DNA from: a virus
Taxonomy: Duplodnaviria; Heunggongvirae; Uroviricota; Caudoviricetes
Strand: one strand, 5' to 3'
DNA length: 64,000 nucleotides
Virus record (IMG/VR): IMGVR_UViG_3300042303_000041
Span: 70,648 to 134,647 of that record
How positions within the stretch are numbered: the stretch's first letter is position 1; every line of letters starts with the position of its first letter. Positions 56,765 through 64,000 of this stretch are shown here, in pieces. The notes beneath the pieces were generated by a model, which saw nothing but the letters and a program-made list of their open reading frames with translations, was not told the DNA's origin and ran no database searches. The position numbers and the translations under genes were made by a program.

Positions 56765-57510
56765 TAGAAATTATCAATCCAGCTTTCATTCGTAACTGTA
56801 GATGTGCTAGAGTTACCAGTTGCATTATATGTTTTATAAGGCGAAGACCCATCTGGATTTTCTGACAAATTGACTCCTGCTTCTGCAATAACTTTATTAT
56901 TTTCAACAGCACCATACAGATTAGTCTTCAGTGTAAAGTTCAAAGTATGTGTAACGAATCTACGAGTTTGAAAATCACCATCATAATCATCTTGAACACT
57001 AACTGAATTTAATATAACAGGAACATCTTGAATGATGTTCATTTCAGGTAACACTTTTACAGAAAGAGTGTATTCTGGAGTAAAGGTTGGAAGTATTTGC
57101 TCGATGATTTGTAAGCCATCTTCTTGAGTCTTTGTTAGAATATACAAGGATATTTCAATATTATATGGTGATGGAGAATATACAAAATTCATACTGTCTA
57201 CGCCATTACCACAAACTATCTTTTGCATTCTGTTTGTTTTGCGGGATGCGTCATATGTATAGCCAAGAATTTCAAAGGACATTCTTGGTAAAGATGCATA
57301 CACATTACCAGATAGATCTGGATCTTGTTCTAAACGAATCAGCCACTTTTCTTTGGGAGCATAAGCCAGCGGCACTTGTAATCGCTGAACAGTAGTTCCT
57401 GCCACAGAGTCGCCTTCTTTTCGATCAATATAAATCGAACTGAATAGAGATCCGAAAACTACAATAGTTTTTCGAATTATTCCGTGATAGAATACGTTAT
57501 TGTTTAGCAT
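56764..57510 (-). CDS. 15: Tail sheath stabilizer/tail completion protein (gp15-like)
   Basis: 248 aa; 'LQIIEQILPTFTPEY' matches T4 gp15 'FQIVEQILPYFQPHF'. Confidence 0.75.
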   Translation of the reverse strand: MLNNNVFYHGIIRKTIVVFGSLFSSIYIDRKEGDSVAGTTVQRLQVPLAYAPKEKWLIRLEQDPDLSGNVYASLPRMSFEILGYTYDASRKTNRMQKIVCGNGVDSMNFVYSPSPYNIEISLYILTKTQEDGLQIIEQILPTFTPEYTLSVKVLPEMNIIQDVPVILNSVSVQDDYDGDFQTRRFVTHTLNFTLKTNLYGAVENNKVIAEAGVNLSENPDGSSPYKTYNATGNSSTSTVTNESWIDNF

Positions 57511-57896
57511 TATAGAGCAGCAATTCTAGTTTTAAAATTAGCAAAATCGGTTGAAGCAGCAACAACAGTTTTTAATGATGACAGACTTATATAACCACTT
57601 GGGTTAGTTGCATTATATGGAGTGAATCCTAATGCAGTAGTGACATTACCTGAAGTTATACCAGTCAAATAAGTGCTAGTATCAAGTGCCCATGTATTTG
57701 CTGCTGATTTCTTTAGGAAACCAGTAGTACCAGCTAGTGCAGCGATTGCAGTTAAGTCGGCATCCGCAGCTTGTTTCGTTGCAACAGAATCATACAACTC
57801 TGTAAAGTTTGCATTAGTCTTAGTAAACGCTGTTCTTAGTGGATCACCAGTTCCATCATTAACTGCTAAACCAATTCCTATTACTTGTTTAGGCAT
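57510..57896 (-). CDS. Short fiber-like protein with a conserved phage-fiber N-terminal motif
   Basis: 128 aa; 'IGIGLAVNDGTGDPLRTAFTKTNANFTELY' resembles N-terminal anchoring motifs of phage tail fiber/whisker proteins. Confidence 0.4.
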   Translation of the reverse strand: MPKQVIGIGLAVNDGTGDPLRTAFTKTNANFTELYDSVATKQAADADLTAIAALAGTTGFLKKSAANTWALDTSTYLTGITSGNVTTALGFTPYNATNPSGYISLSSLKTVVAASTDFANFKTRIAAL

Positions 57897-57905
57897 TTTT
57901 TATCC

Positions 57906-58904
57906 TTATCCTGCATCTGCTGTTATTGATCGATCTGCAGTATATGCTATTGAATCTGCAGTTGTTAAGTATACTGGGGCTGGTGTGACACTCGGCATGA
58001 TATAATTTGAAACATCACCAAATGGGTTTGACTCATTCAAAATATAGTTAGAGCCTTCTTGCTTGAATGAGTTATTATCACCAAACGAGTCTACGTTATC
58101 AATAATAGTACCTACAACTGCAACTGCTTTTGCATTACCTGCAATAGTAACAGTTGGTAAAGTTTCATAACCAGCACCGCCATTTGTTACAACAACAGAA
58201 ACTACCTTATTTGCATTGACGCCAGTTCCAAGAACTGCCTGTGCAGTAGCACCTGTTCCACCACCTCCAGAAATTGTAACTGTTGGAGTTGTTGTATAAT
58301 CACTTCCACGAGATGTTACATTTATAGAAAGAACTTCACCATATTGAGATCGTGTAGTATCTGTTGTAAAAGTCTTCAAAGTCTCAAACGCATCAATTTC
58401 TTCTACGCCAGTATCGATACGTTCTGAAGAGTATTGGAACAATTCAACTTGCAACTTATATACATACAGCTTGCCTAGCTGATAGAATGGATCTTGATGC
58501 TGAACAAACTTAATCTCAAACAATCCTTTTGAGAGTGGAAAGTATAGCAAGTCCCCTTCGCATGGACGGTTTGGTAAAATCGTTTGACCCCAACGTCCAA
58601 CTAACTGTTCCCAACGACGTCTAGCCATTGTTAGTGTTGCTGTCTGTTCAACCATTAAGCCGAACTTTTGCATAAATGCACCTTGACCCTCGAATCCATC
58701 AGAATTTTCTAAATACATTTCAATTGGATACGCTGTCTTAAATTCACTTAAGCGATCTTCTCCAAGAATGTTATCTTTAGAAACAAGTGTTCTTGGAATG
58801 TAGTAAAAGTCTTGCCCATAAATGGCAAGTGATTCAACGATAATATCCTCTATAAGGAACTGTTCGTTTTTAGTTCCATGAGAGAAGTAGACATTTCTTG
58901 CCAT
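57906..58904 (-). CDS. 14: Neck protein (gp14 position) carrying an inserted Gly-rich repeat domain shared with the sheath
   Basis: 332 aa; synteny 13-14-15; internal 'YTTTPTVTISGGGGTGATAQAV...GGAGYETLPTVTIAG' repeats. Confidence 0.45.
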   Translation of the reverse strand: MARNVYFSHGTKNEQFLIEDIIVESLAIYGQDFYYIPRTLVSKDNILGEDRLSEFKTAYPIEMYLENSDGFEGQGAFMQKFGLMVEQTATLTMARRRWEQLVGRWGQTILPNRPCEGDLLYFPLSKGLFEIKFVQHQDPFYQLGKLYVYKLQVELFQYSSERIDTGVEEIDAFETLKTFTTDTTRSQYGEVLSINVTSRGSDYTTTPTVTISGGGGTGATAQAVLGTGVNANKVVSVVVTNGGAGYETLPTVTIAGNAKAVAVVGTIIDNVDSFGDNNSFKQEGSNYILNESNPFGDVSNYIMPSVTPAPVYLTTADSIAYTADRSITADAG

Positions 58905-58905
58905 A

Positions 58906-59643
58906 TTATCCTAGGAAGAAATCCAAAGGTGCAGACTTAGTCATTAAGTCATTCTCTAAGTCATCAATTTCTTTAGTGGCTTCGTCATACAAACCATTAC
59001 CATCCAGTGTAACACCACCTGGCAACTGTAGACCTTGAAACTTTTTAAGGTTTACAGCCCACTGCTTTTTAAATAGTGCTGTCACATAGTGCTTTAGCCA
59101 GGATTCATTCCAAACTTTGCTATATTCAGCTGGATCAAGAGCACGATATGCTTCTACTACTACGAATTCATTTACAATGATATCACTTTCCCAGTTGATA
59201 TCTAAGTATAACCTATTCTGTCTACGGTTGAATCTAAACATAGTCGCCCCGTTCAACTCTAAATCTAGTAGAGCCAAGTGACTCATTACAGTTTTGTAAT
59301 AGATTAGTGAAGTTGATGTTAGATCATATAAGTCGTTTAGTCTAAGTTGATATTGCAGATCAAATAGATTCTTAGATGAGGATCCTTGATTGTATGGAAT
59401 CACACGAATGATACCATACACTAGATCTGGGAATTCTATGTACTTATTTGTTATATTTTGCGCAGTAACTTGGTGTTTTAAATAAACTTTCTCAACACCA
59501 TCTGGGTGATATTGTCTCCAATATTCTAATGCTTCTTCGATGCGATCTTCTAGTTGTTCGTCATCTACGTTAATTTCAAGCACAGGTGCACCCAATGCAC
59601 GCAGGCAATATTCTTTTAGTTGTTCTTTAGTGGTAACTGGCAT
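58906..59643 (-). CDS. 13: Neck protein gp13-like
   Basis: 245 aa; N-terminal 'KEQLKEYCLRALGAPVLEINVDDEQLEDRIEEALEYWRQYHPDG' and C-terminal 'LQLPGGVTLDG...LDFFLG' align to T4 gp13. Confidence 0.75.
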   Translation of the reverse strand: MPVTTKEQLKEYCLRALGAPVLEINVDDEQLEDRIEEALEYWRQYHPDGVEKVYLKHQVTAQNITNKYIEFPDLVYGIIRVIPYNQGSSSKNLFDLQYQLRLNDLYDLTSTSLIYYKTVMSHLALLDLELNGATMFRFNRRQNRLYLDINWESDIIVNEFVVVEAYRALDPAEYSKVWNESWLKHYVTALFKKQWAVNLKKFQGLQLPGGVTLDGNGLYDEATKEIDDLENDLMTKSAPLDFFLG

Positions 59644-59685
59644 TATTTACCTTAGGTAGATTCTTTGTTATATTTATAGTTTCTA

Positions 59686-62112
59686 TTATATGCCATATCG
59701 ACTTCTTAATGATTGAAAGTTTCTTGTAAGATCACTTGCACTAAGTGCTTGATTGTGTACTCGTACTACAGATATTCTTCCACCCCATCGTTCACCGTCA
59801 CCAGAACTATGTCCACCAATTCTCATAAAATCCCAATCTGTTGGATCTTCAAATGTGCCACCAATAAATTGTTGATCTCCGTTAACTTGATATAATATTC
59901 CTGATCCATATGTATGAGATGCTGCAACATAAACCCACTGATTGCGTGGAACAGTTAATGTCGATTGTGTCGATGGCCACCATTGAAGATAATTAGATGG
60001 ATTAACATATAATGCATCATCTCCAGCCACATTATTTTGTACTATCGATCTATAGTTAGTATCAGAACTTGAGTCAAAGACCCATGCTTCAATAGTACAA
60101 TTAGTGATTGTTGTTGCATTAAAAGGTATAACATCAATATAATCATCTACATTATCAAAAGAAAAAGATCCACTATCACTTGAATTATATACTGCCCCAA
60201 ACGGTATACCAGTTATATCATTGCTAGCAGTGTCGCCCCAATTTAAAAACCCTGTTGGTGTGAAAGTTCCAGAGCTAGTAAACGTATGAATTGTATATCC
60301 ACCAGAAGATGTTATAGTTCCACCAGTTGCTCTTTGTGAACCGTAGTATCTAACTATAACGATACCAGATCCTCCATTTCCTCCATCACTATCCCAATGC
60401 GATCCGCCACCACCTCCACCGCCAGTGTTTGCGCCAGCATTACCACCAGTCCCGTTATTTTGACCAACTCCATTGGCACCAGCATTGAGTGCACTTCCTC
60501 CACCAGATCCAGGCGTGTAACCGCCATATGCAGAACCACCACCGCCACCACCCAAGCCTCCATCACCACCTCTAATAGTGTGACCACCACCGCCACCGCC
60601 TCCACCCCAGTAAAGAGATGTACCGTTTATATCAGATAAGAAACCTTGACCACCCTTACCACCATAGCTATCGCTACCGCCTCCACCTCGTTGACCAGCA
60701 CCGCCACCGCCTCCAGCTGAATATTGACCAAACCAACTTTGACCACCACCTTTATAACCTTGACCAGCTATACCAGATCCACCACCGCCTCGTCTTCCAT
60801 ATCCATGTTGTGTAGCATCTCCACCACCAGATCCACCTGATTGACCTTGACCACCTAATACTGTAAAATAATGTCCACTACCACCGCCTCCACCACCAAC
60901 TGCTCTAAGATTGCCAAAAATACTATCAGCACCAGATGATCCAGCTGCCTGACCACCACCATATGGTCCAAGTGATCCAGCACCTCCAGCACCAACTGTA
61001 ACTACAATAGGCACATTGATTGGAGCAGAATAATTCTTCTTATAGATTACTCCTCCTGCACCACCGCCACCACCCATGTCCATACCACCCCCAGCGCCAC
61101 CAGCGACTACTAAAACCTCAACCGAACTAGACTTTGGGTTACCAGCGTCTATTGAAAGAATTAGAGAACTTAACGGTGTTACACCAGTATTGTTAAATGT
61201 AGACAACCCTTGTGTTTTTAAGTAACGAATAACAACAAGCCCTGAACCACCATTACCACCACGATTATTTCTCATGTAGTGAGAACCACCGCCTCCACCA
61301 CCACCAGTGTTAGCACCACCATGACCACCTTCGCATTGAGCCCATGTACCTGGTAGCCCACCGCCACCTGGTTCACCAGAGTTAAGAGCAGATCCACCGC
61401 CTGGTTGATACCCTATTGCACCACCACCTCCACCACCGATTCCGCCATCTCCACCTCGATCTGAATAACCAGATCCACCACCGCCTCCACCCCAATAGTA
61501 GTTCACGCCCAGTATACTATTTAATACACCAGCACCACCGTTTGGTTCATTAGGTCCATCACCACCAGCTCCTCCAGCACCACCGCCACCACCAGAGTAA
61601 TATGATCCACCTCCGCTATTTCCACCACGGTTACCCTGTCCTGAAATACCAGTTCCACCAGAAACTGTGGCGCCTGCAGTATATCCTGTTGCACCTCCTC
61701 CACTACCACCATTACCACCAACGCCAGTTAGAGTATAACCATAATAACTACTACCTCCAAAACCACCACCTGTGGCAGTTATGGATCCAAATACAGAATT
61801 TCCACCTTGAGTAGCATTCACACCAAATTGATGTGCGTCAGCTTGCCCCTGAGTACCACCTTCAGGTGCACCATTTCCTCCTGCGCCTACCAATACTGTA
61901 TATGATGCTCCTGCAGTAACAGCTAGTACTCCAGATAAAACACCACCGCCTCCTCCTCCTCCACCCATATCCATACCACCACCACCGCCTCCAGCGACTA
62001 CAAGATAATCAACGTTACCATTAAAGTTAGGAACGAATGTGCCAGAAGTAGTGCAAACATGATAGTTATAGAGAGCACTATTAACACTGCTTGGTCCTGA
62101 TGAAACACCCAT
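59686..62112 (-). CDS. Glycine-rich tail fiber protein with two Gly-rich domain (GRD) units and a C-terminal LamG/ConA-like domain
   Basis: 808 aa; repeated 'LVVAGGGGGGMDMGGGGGGGGV...YTVLVGAGG' units; C-terminus ends '...RNFQSLRSRYGI', shared with the next two ORFs. Confidence 0.6.
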   Translation of the reverse strand: MGVSSGPSSVNSALYNYHVCTTSGTFVPNFNGNVDYLVVAGGGGGGMDMGGGGGGGGVLSGVLAVTAGASYTVLVGAGGNGAPEGGTQGQADAHQFGVNATQGGNSVFGSITATGGGFGGSSYYGYTLTGVGGNGGSGGGATGYTAGATVSGGTGISGQGNRGGNSGGGSYYSGGGGGAGGAGGDGPNEPNGGAGVLNSILGVNYYWGGGGGGSGYSDRGGDGGIGGGGGGAIGYQPGGGSALNSGEPGGGGLPGTWAQCEGGHGGANTGGGGGGGSHYMRNNRGGNGGSGLVVIRYLKTQGLSTFNNTGVTPLSSLILSIDAGNPKSSSVEVLVVAGGAGGGMDMGGGGGAGGVIYKKNYSAPINVPIVVTVGAGGAGSLGPYGGGQAAGSSGADSIFGNLRAVGGGGGGSGHYFTVLGGQGQSGGSGGGDATQHGYGRRGGGGSGIAGQGYKGGGQSWFGQYSAGGGGGAGQRGGGGSDSYGGKGGQGFLSDINGTSLYWGGGGGGGGHTIRGGDGGLGGGGGGSAYGGYTPGSGGGSALNAGANGVGQNNGTGGNAGANTGGGGGGGSHWDSDGGNGGSGIVIVRYYGSQRATGGTITSSGGYTIHTFTSSGTFTPTGFLNWGDTASNDITGIPFGAVYNSSDSGSFSFDNVDDYIDVIPFNATTITNCTIEAWVFDSSSDTNYRSIVQNNVAGDDALYVNPSNYLQWWPSTQSTLTVPRNQWVYVAASHTYGSGILYQVNGDQQFIGGTFEDPTDWDFMRIGGHSSGDGERWGGRISVVRVHNQALSASDLTRNFQSLRSRYGI

Positions 62113-62114
62113 TG

Positions 62115-62501
62115 TTATTCTCCAGAAGGAAGAACTGATGAAGATTGAATCACAGATATCGAGTCCTCACCAGAAGGAAGCACTGATGCAGATTCAATCC
62201 AAGATAGAGATTCCTCGTTCCAAATGTAATTTTTATCACCATCTGGTTTTTGTGTAGGTGCATCCCATTTACCATTGACTTCATCTAAGATCCATGACTC
62301 AAAAGTTTTTGGTGGTACAAACATATCAAGATCTGGAAAATACACATATCCAATACCAGCGTAATTTTCACGAATGGTTGAGTTATAAGAAGTTTGCACC
62401 CACGTTGTTGGGTCTCCAGCTGCACCAGATTCGATAAAATCTTGTTCTGCTACAATCACATTTGTGACTATGTTATTTTCTATTTTTGCGTAATGTGCCA
62501 T
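62115..62501 (-). CDS. Hypothetical protein (128 aa), possibly a fiber-associated or assembly protein
   Basis: ORF track; lies between two fiber genes; C-terminal duplicated 'SVLPSGE'. Confidence 0.35.
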   Translation of the reverse strand: MAHYAKIENNIVTNVIVAEQDFIESGAAGDPTTWVQTSYNSTIRENYAGIGYVYFPDLDMFVPPKTFESWILDEVNGKWDAPTQKPDGDKNYIWNEESLSWIESASVLPSGEDSISVIQSSSVLPSGE

Positions 62502-62502
62502 A

Positions 62503-63648
62503 TTATATTCCGTACCTTCCTCTTAATGCTTGAAAGTTTTGCTGGACTTCTGCTGCTGATAGAGATCTAGTATATCTCGACACTGTTGCAATAGAACCAG
62601 GAAAATATCCTGCCCATGATCTACCAATAACATCAACAGGATTATTATTGCCAGAAGTTGAGTTTGCAACATTGACGTCCAGTATACCATCAACATACAT
62701 GTCCATGGTGTTGTTACTGTAATTCACCCAAGTTAACATGTGCCAATTGTTATCATTTACTGTTCTTACTCCAAGTTTTTGGACCCATCCACCTTGATAA
62801 GTCCAATAAACAATTTTTCCACTATTAACACCTAACATCGAGTAAACTGGACCACCACTAATATTTGAAAGTATTGAACCACCACCTAAATCATTTGTGG
62901 TAGTTGTAGTTTTCATCCAACAACTAACTGTCCATTCAACGTTTCCATTCCCTAATGTAGTGTTTGGTATAGAGAGATAATTAGAACTACCATTAAAACT
63001 AAACGTACCATCAATTGCGTATGTTAAACTGGTTGCTGTGATTGTGTTGTTGTTCGTGAGGTCTCTGATTGCTTGGGTGTTACTTCTAGATCCATTGACG
63101 AATGGAGTTACATAACTACTTGCTTCAATTTGTGGCATTGTAACTTCCCAACTAGAATTATCAGCATTATTTGTACCACCCCAACATATTAAATAAAATG
63201 TCATTGACGTTGTAGTGCAATTTAGAGTAATACTAATGCGCTGCCATTGTCCAGGTAGTGTTCTATTAGTAGCACTTGCACTATCTCCTCCACCCCATCC
63301 TGAGATATAAACAGCACCACCAGTTACATTACTAGAACCACCAATCCATTTAATCCATGCAGAGAATGTATAAGTGCCAGTAGATGGAACCGTAACTGAT
63401 TTGTACACTCCGTTCCAAGATCCCACATTATCCATACGATAACCAGTAGTACCAAACTGAGTTACGAATTGTGCTGGTGTTCCATTAGCAGTATTAGAAT
63501 AGTTATTCCAACCAGCCATCGTGTCTGCGTTTGCGACGTAATTCGTGGTAGGTTGACCTTTCCAAGACTTCTGTGTATTGGACATGTCTGTGTATAGCAC
63601 TAGACCATTAGTGACTACTGAGGGTGAATGAATTAAACTCATTACCAA
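62503..63648 (-). CDS. Putative fiber/receptor-binding protein with a C-terminal LamG-like domain
   Basis: 381 aa; C-terminus '...AAEVQQNFQALRGRYGI' is paralogous to the 808-aa fiber C-terminus. Confidence 0.5.
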   Translation of the reverse strand: MVMSLIHSPSVVTNGLVLYTDMSNTQKSWKGQPTTNYVANADTMAGWNNYSNTANGTPAQFVTQFGTTGYRMDNVGSWNGVYKSVTVPSTGTYTFSAWIKWIGGSSNVTGGAVYISGWGGGDSASATNRTLPGQWQRISITLNCTTTSMTFYLICWGGTNNADNSSWEVTMPQIEASSYVTPFVNGSRSNTQAIRDLTNNNTITATSLTYAIDGTFSFNGSSNYLSIPNTTLGNGNVEWTVSCWMKTTTTTNDLGGGSILSNISGGPVYSMLGVNSGKIVYWTYQGGWVQKLGVRTVNDNNWHMLTWVNYSNNTMDMYVDGILDVNVANSTSGNNNPVDVIGRSWAGYFPGSIATVSRYTRSLSAAEVQQNFQALRGRYGI

Positions 63649-63664
63649 AGTTCCTTAGGACCTG

Positions 63665-64000
63665 TCATATACTAAATCTTCCACGCACTGCATTAAAATT
63701 TTGTAAGATCTCAGAACTTGATAAGACTCTATTATATAAACTATAGCACGGCATAGCTCCAACAAAGGCGTAATTGCCATTAGAATATCCTCCTACACTA
63801 ACTCCATTGGTTGTATTTTGTCCTGCAATAAAATTATTGTCACTCAATATTTCAACACCATTAAAGTATAATTTTCTAGTGTCTCCATTGTGCGTAGCGA
63901 CTATATTAGACCAAGCATTTACGTATGATGTACTACTATATGAAGACGTACCATCACTACCGCCTGTTCCTTGTGTCCTAAACACTAATGGAGAACAGTA
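63665..64000 (-). CDS. Partial gene (N-terminus beyond the window) encoding a third paralogous LamG-like C-terminal domain
   Basis: The frame is open to the window edge; C-terminus '...SSSEILQNFNAVRGRFSI'. Confidence 0.45.
   Translation of the reverse strand, partial: YCSPLVFRTQGTGGSDGTSSYSSTSYVNAWSNIVATHNGDTRKLYFNGVEILSDNNFIAGQNTTNGVSVGGYSNGNYAFVGAMPCYSLYNRVLSSSEILQNFNAVRGRFSI

Noticed and set aside
57510-57896. Possibility that the 128-aa ORF upstream of gp15 is the small terminase
   Set aside because: Its N-terminus (IGIGLAVNDGTGDPLRTAFTKTNANF) looks like a fiber-attachment motif and its composition is Ala/Thr/Ser-rich and beta-type, not the helical, basic TerS type.
390-62000. All plus-strand ORFs in the track (for example 442..672, 680..1039, 5759..6028, 18942..19436, 21571..21942, 33773..34207, 47477..47968, 51261..51836) and nested minus-strand ORFs in alternative frames (for example 390..650, 2091..2330, 13300..13746, 19261..19605, 22590..22916, 38763..39161, 39971..40279, 55948..56319, 60354..60605, 61521..61721)
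   Set aside because: They lie antisense to, or out of frame within, long well-supported minus-strand genes with recognisable homologs. Their composition is low-complexity or biased (for example the His/Tyr/Gln-rich frames opposite the Gly-rich fiber). No plus-strand gene is needed to explain the window.
1-64000. CRISPR arrays, tRNA genes, integrase or transposase genes, group I introns or homing endonucleases
   Set aside because: No direct-repeat/spacer periodicity, no tRNA-like cloverleaf candidates in the few intergenic gaps examined, and no recombinase, HNH or GIY-YIG signatures were recognisable. The Gly-rich repetitiveness at 59.7-62.1 kb is protein-coding.

Overview
This window is a 64-kb segment of a T4-like (Tevenvirinae/Straboviridae-type) myophage genome, and every credible gene lies on the minus strand. 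Gene order matches phage T4 closely in two blocks.

The structural block covers ~45–64 kb: gp13 neck, gp14-like neck, gp15 tail-sheath stabilizer, TerL gp17, sheath gp18, tube gp19, portal gp20, an unannotated 58-aa ORF I suggest as a gp67-like prohead core protein, a gp68-like candidate, prohead protease gp21, scaffold gp22 and major capsid protein gp23. Upstream of gp13 sit a Gly-rich fiber and three paralogous LamG-like C-terminal domains.

The replication and recombination block covers ~17–45 kb: UvsY, UvsW, late sigma factor gp55, a AAA ATPase, Mre11-like gp47, Rad50-like gp46, sliding clamp gp45, clamp-loader gp44 and gp62, RegA, Hsp20, ATP-dependent DNA ligase, DexA, DNA polymerase gp43, a P4H-like 2OG oxygenase, thioredoxin, UvsX, a gp40-position ORF and the gp41 helicase.

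Three accessory regions stand out:
- At ~11.7–17.4 kb, where T4 would carry the primase, there is a candidate DNA base-hypermodification cluster: a 2OG-Fe(II) dioxygenase (TET/JBP-like candidate), a class-II glutamine amidotransferase, a GS-like amidoligase, a GNAT, a Trp-rich 339-aa enzyme (aGPT-Pplase candidate), a P-loop kinase (5-HMUDK candidate) and an HExxH protein.
- At ~31.6–37.9 kb, inserted between gp45 and gp46, is an island of CobS-like AAA+ and CobT-like vWA proteins (the latter with an HEVGH motif), an SPFH lipoprotein with a small TM partner, an HTH protein and a histone-H1-like protein. Each transcription unit is preceded by a near-identical terminator-hairpin plus T4-early-type promoter cassette.
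- At ~1–7.2 kb there is a Dps ferritin, an NMNAT-type nucleotidyltransferase with a long charged tail, and an 874-aa extremely K/E-rich protein.

No tRNA genes, CRISPR arrays, transposases or integrases were recognisable.
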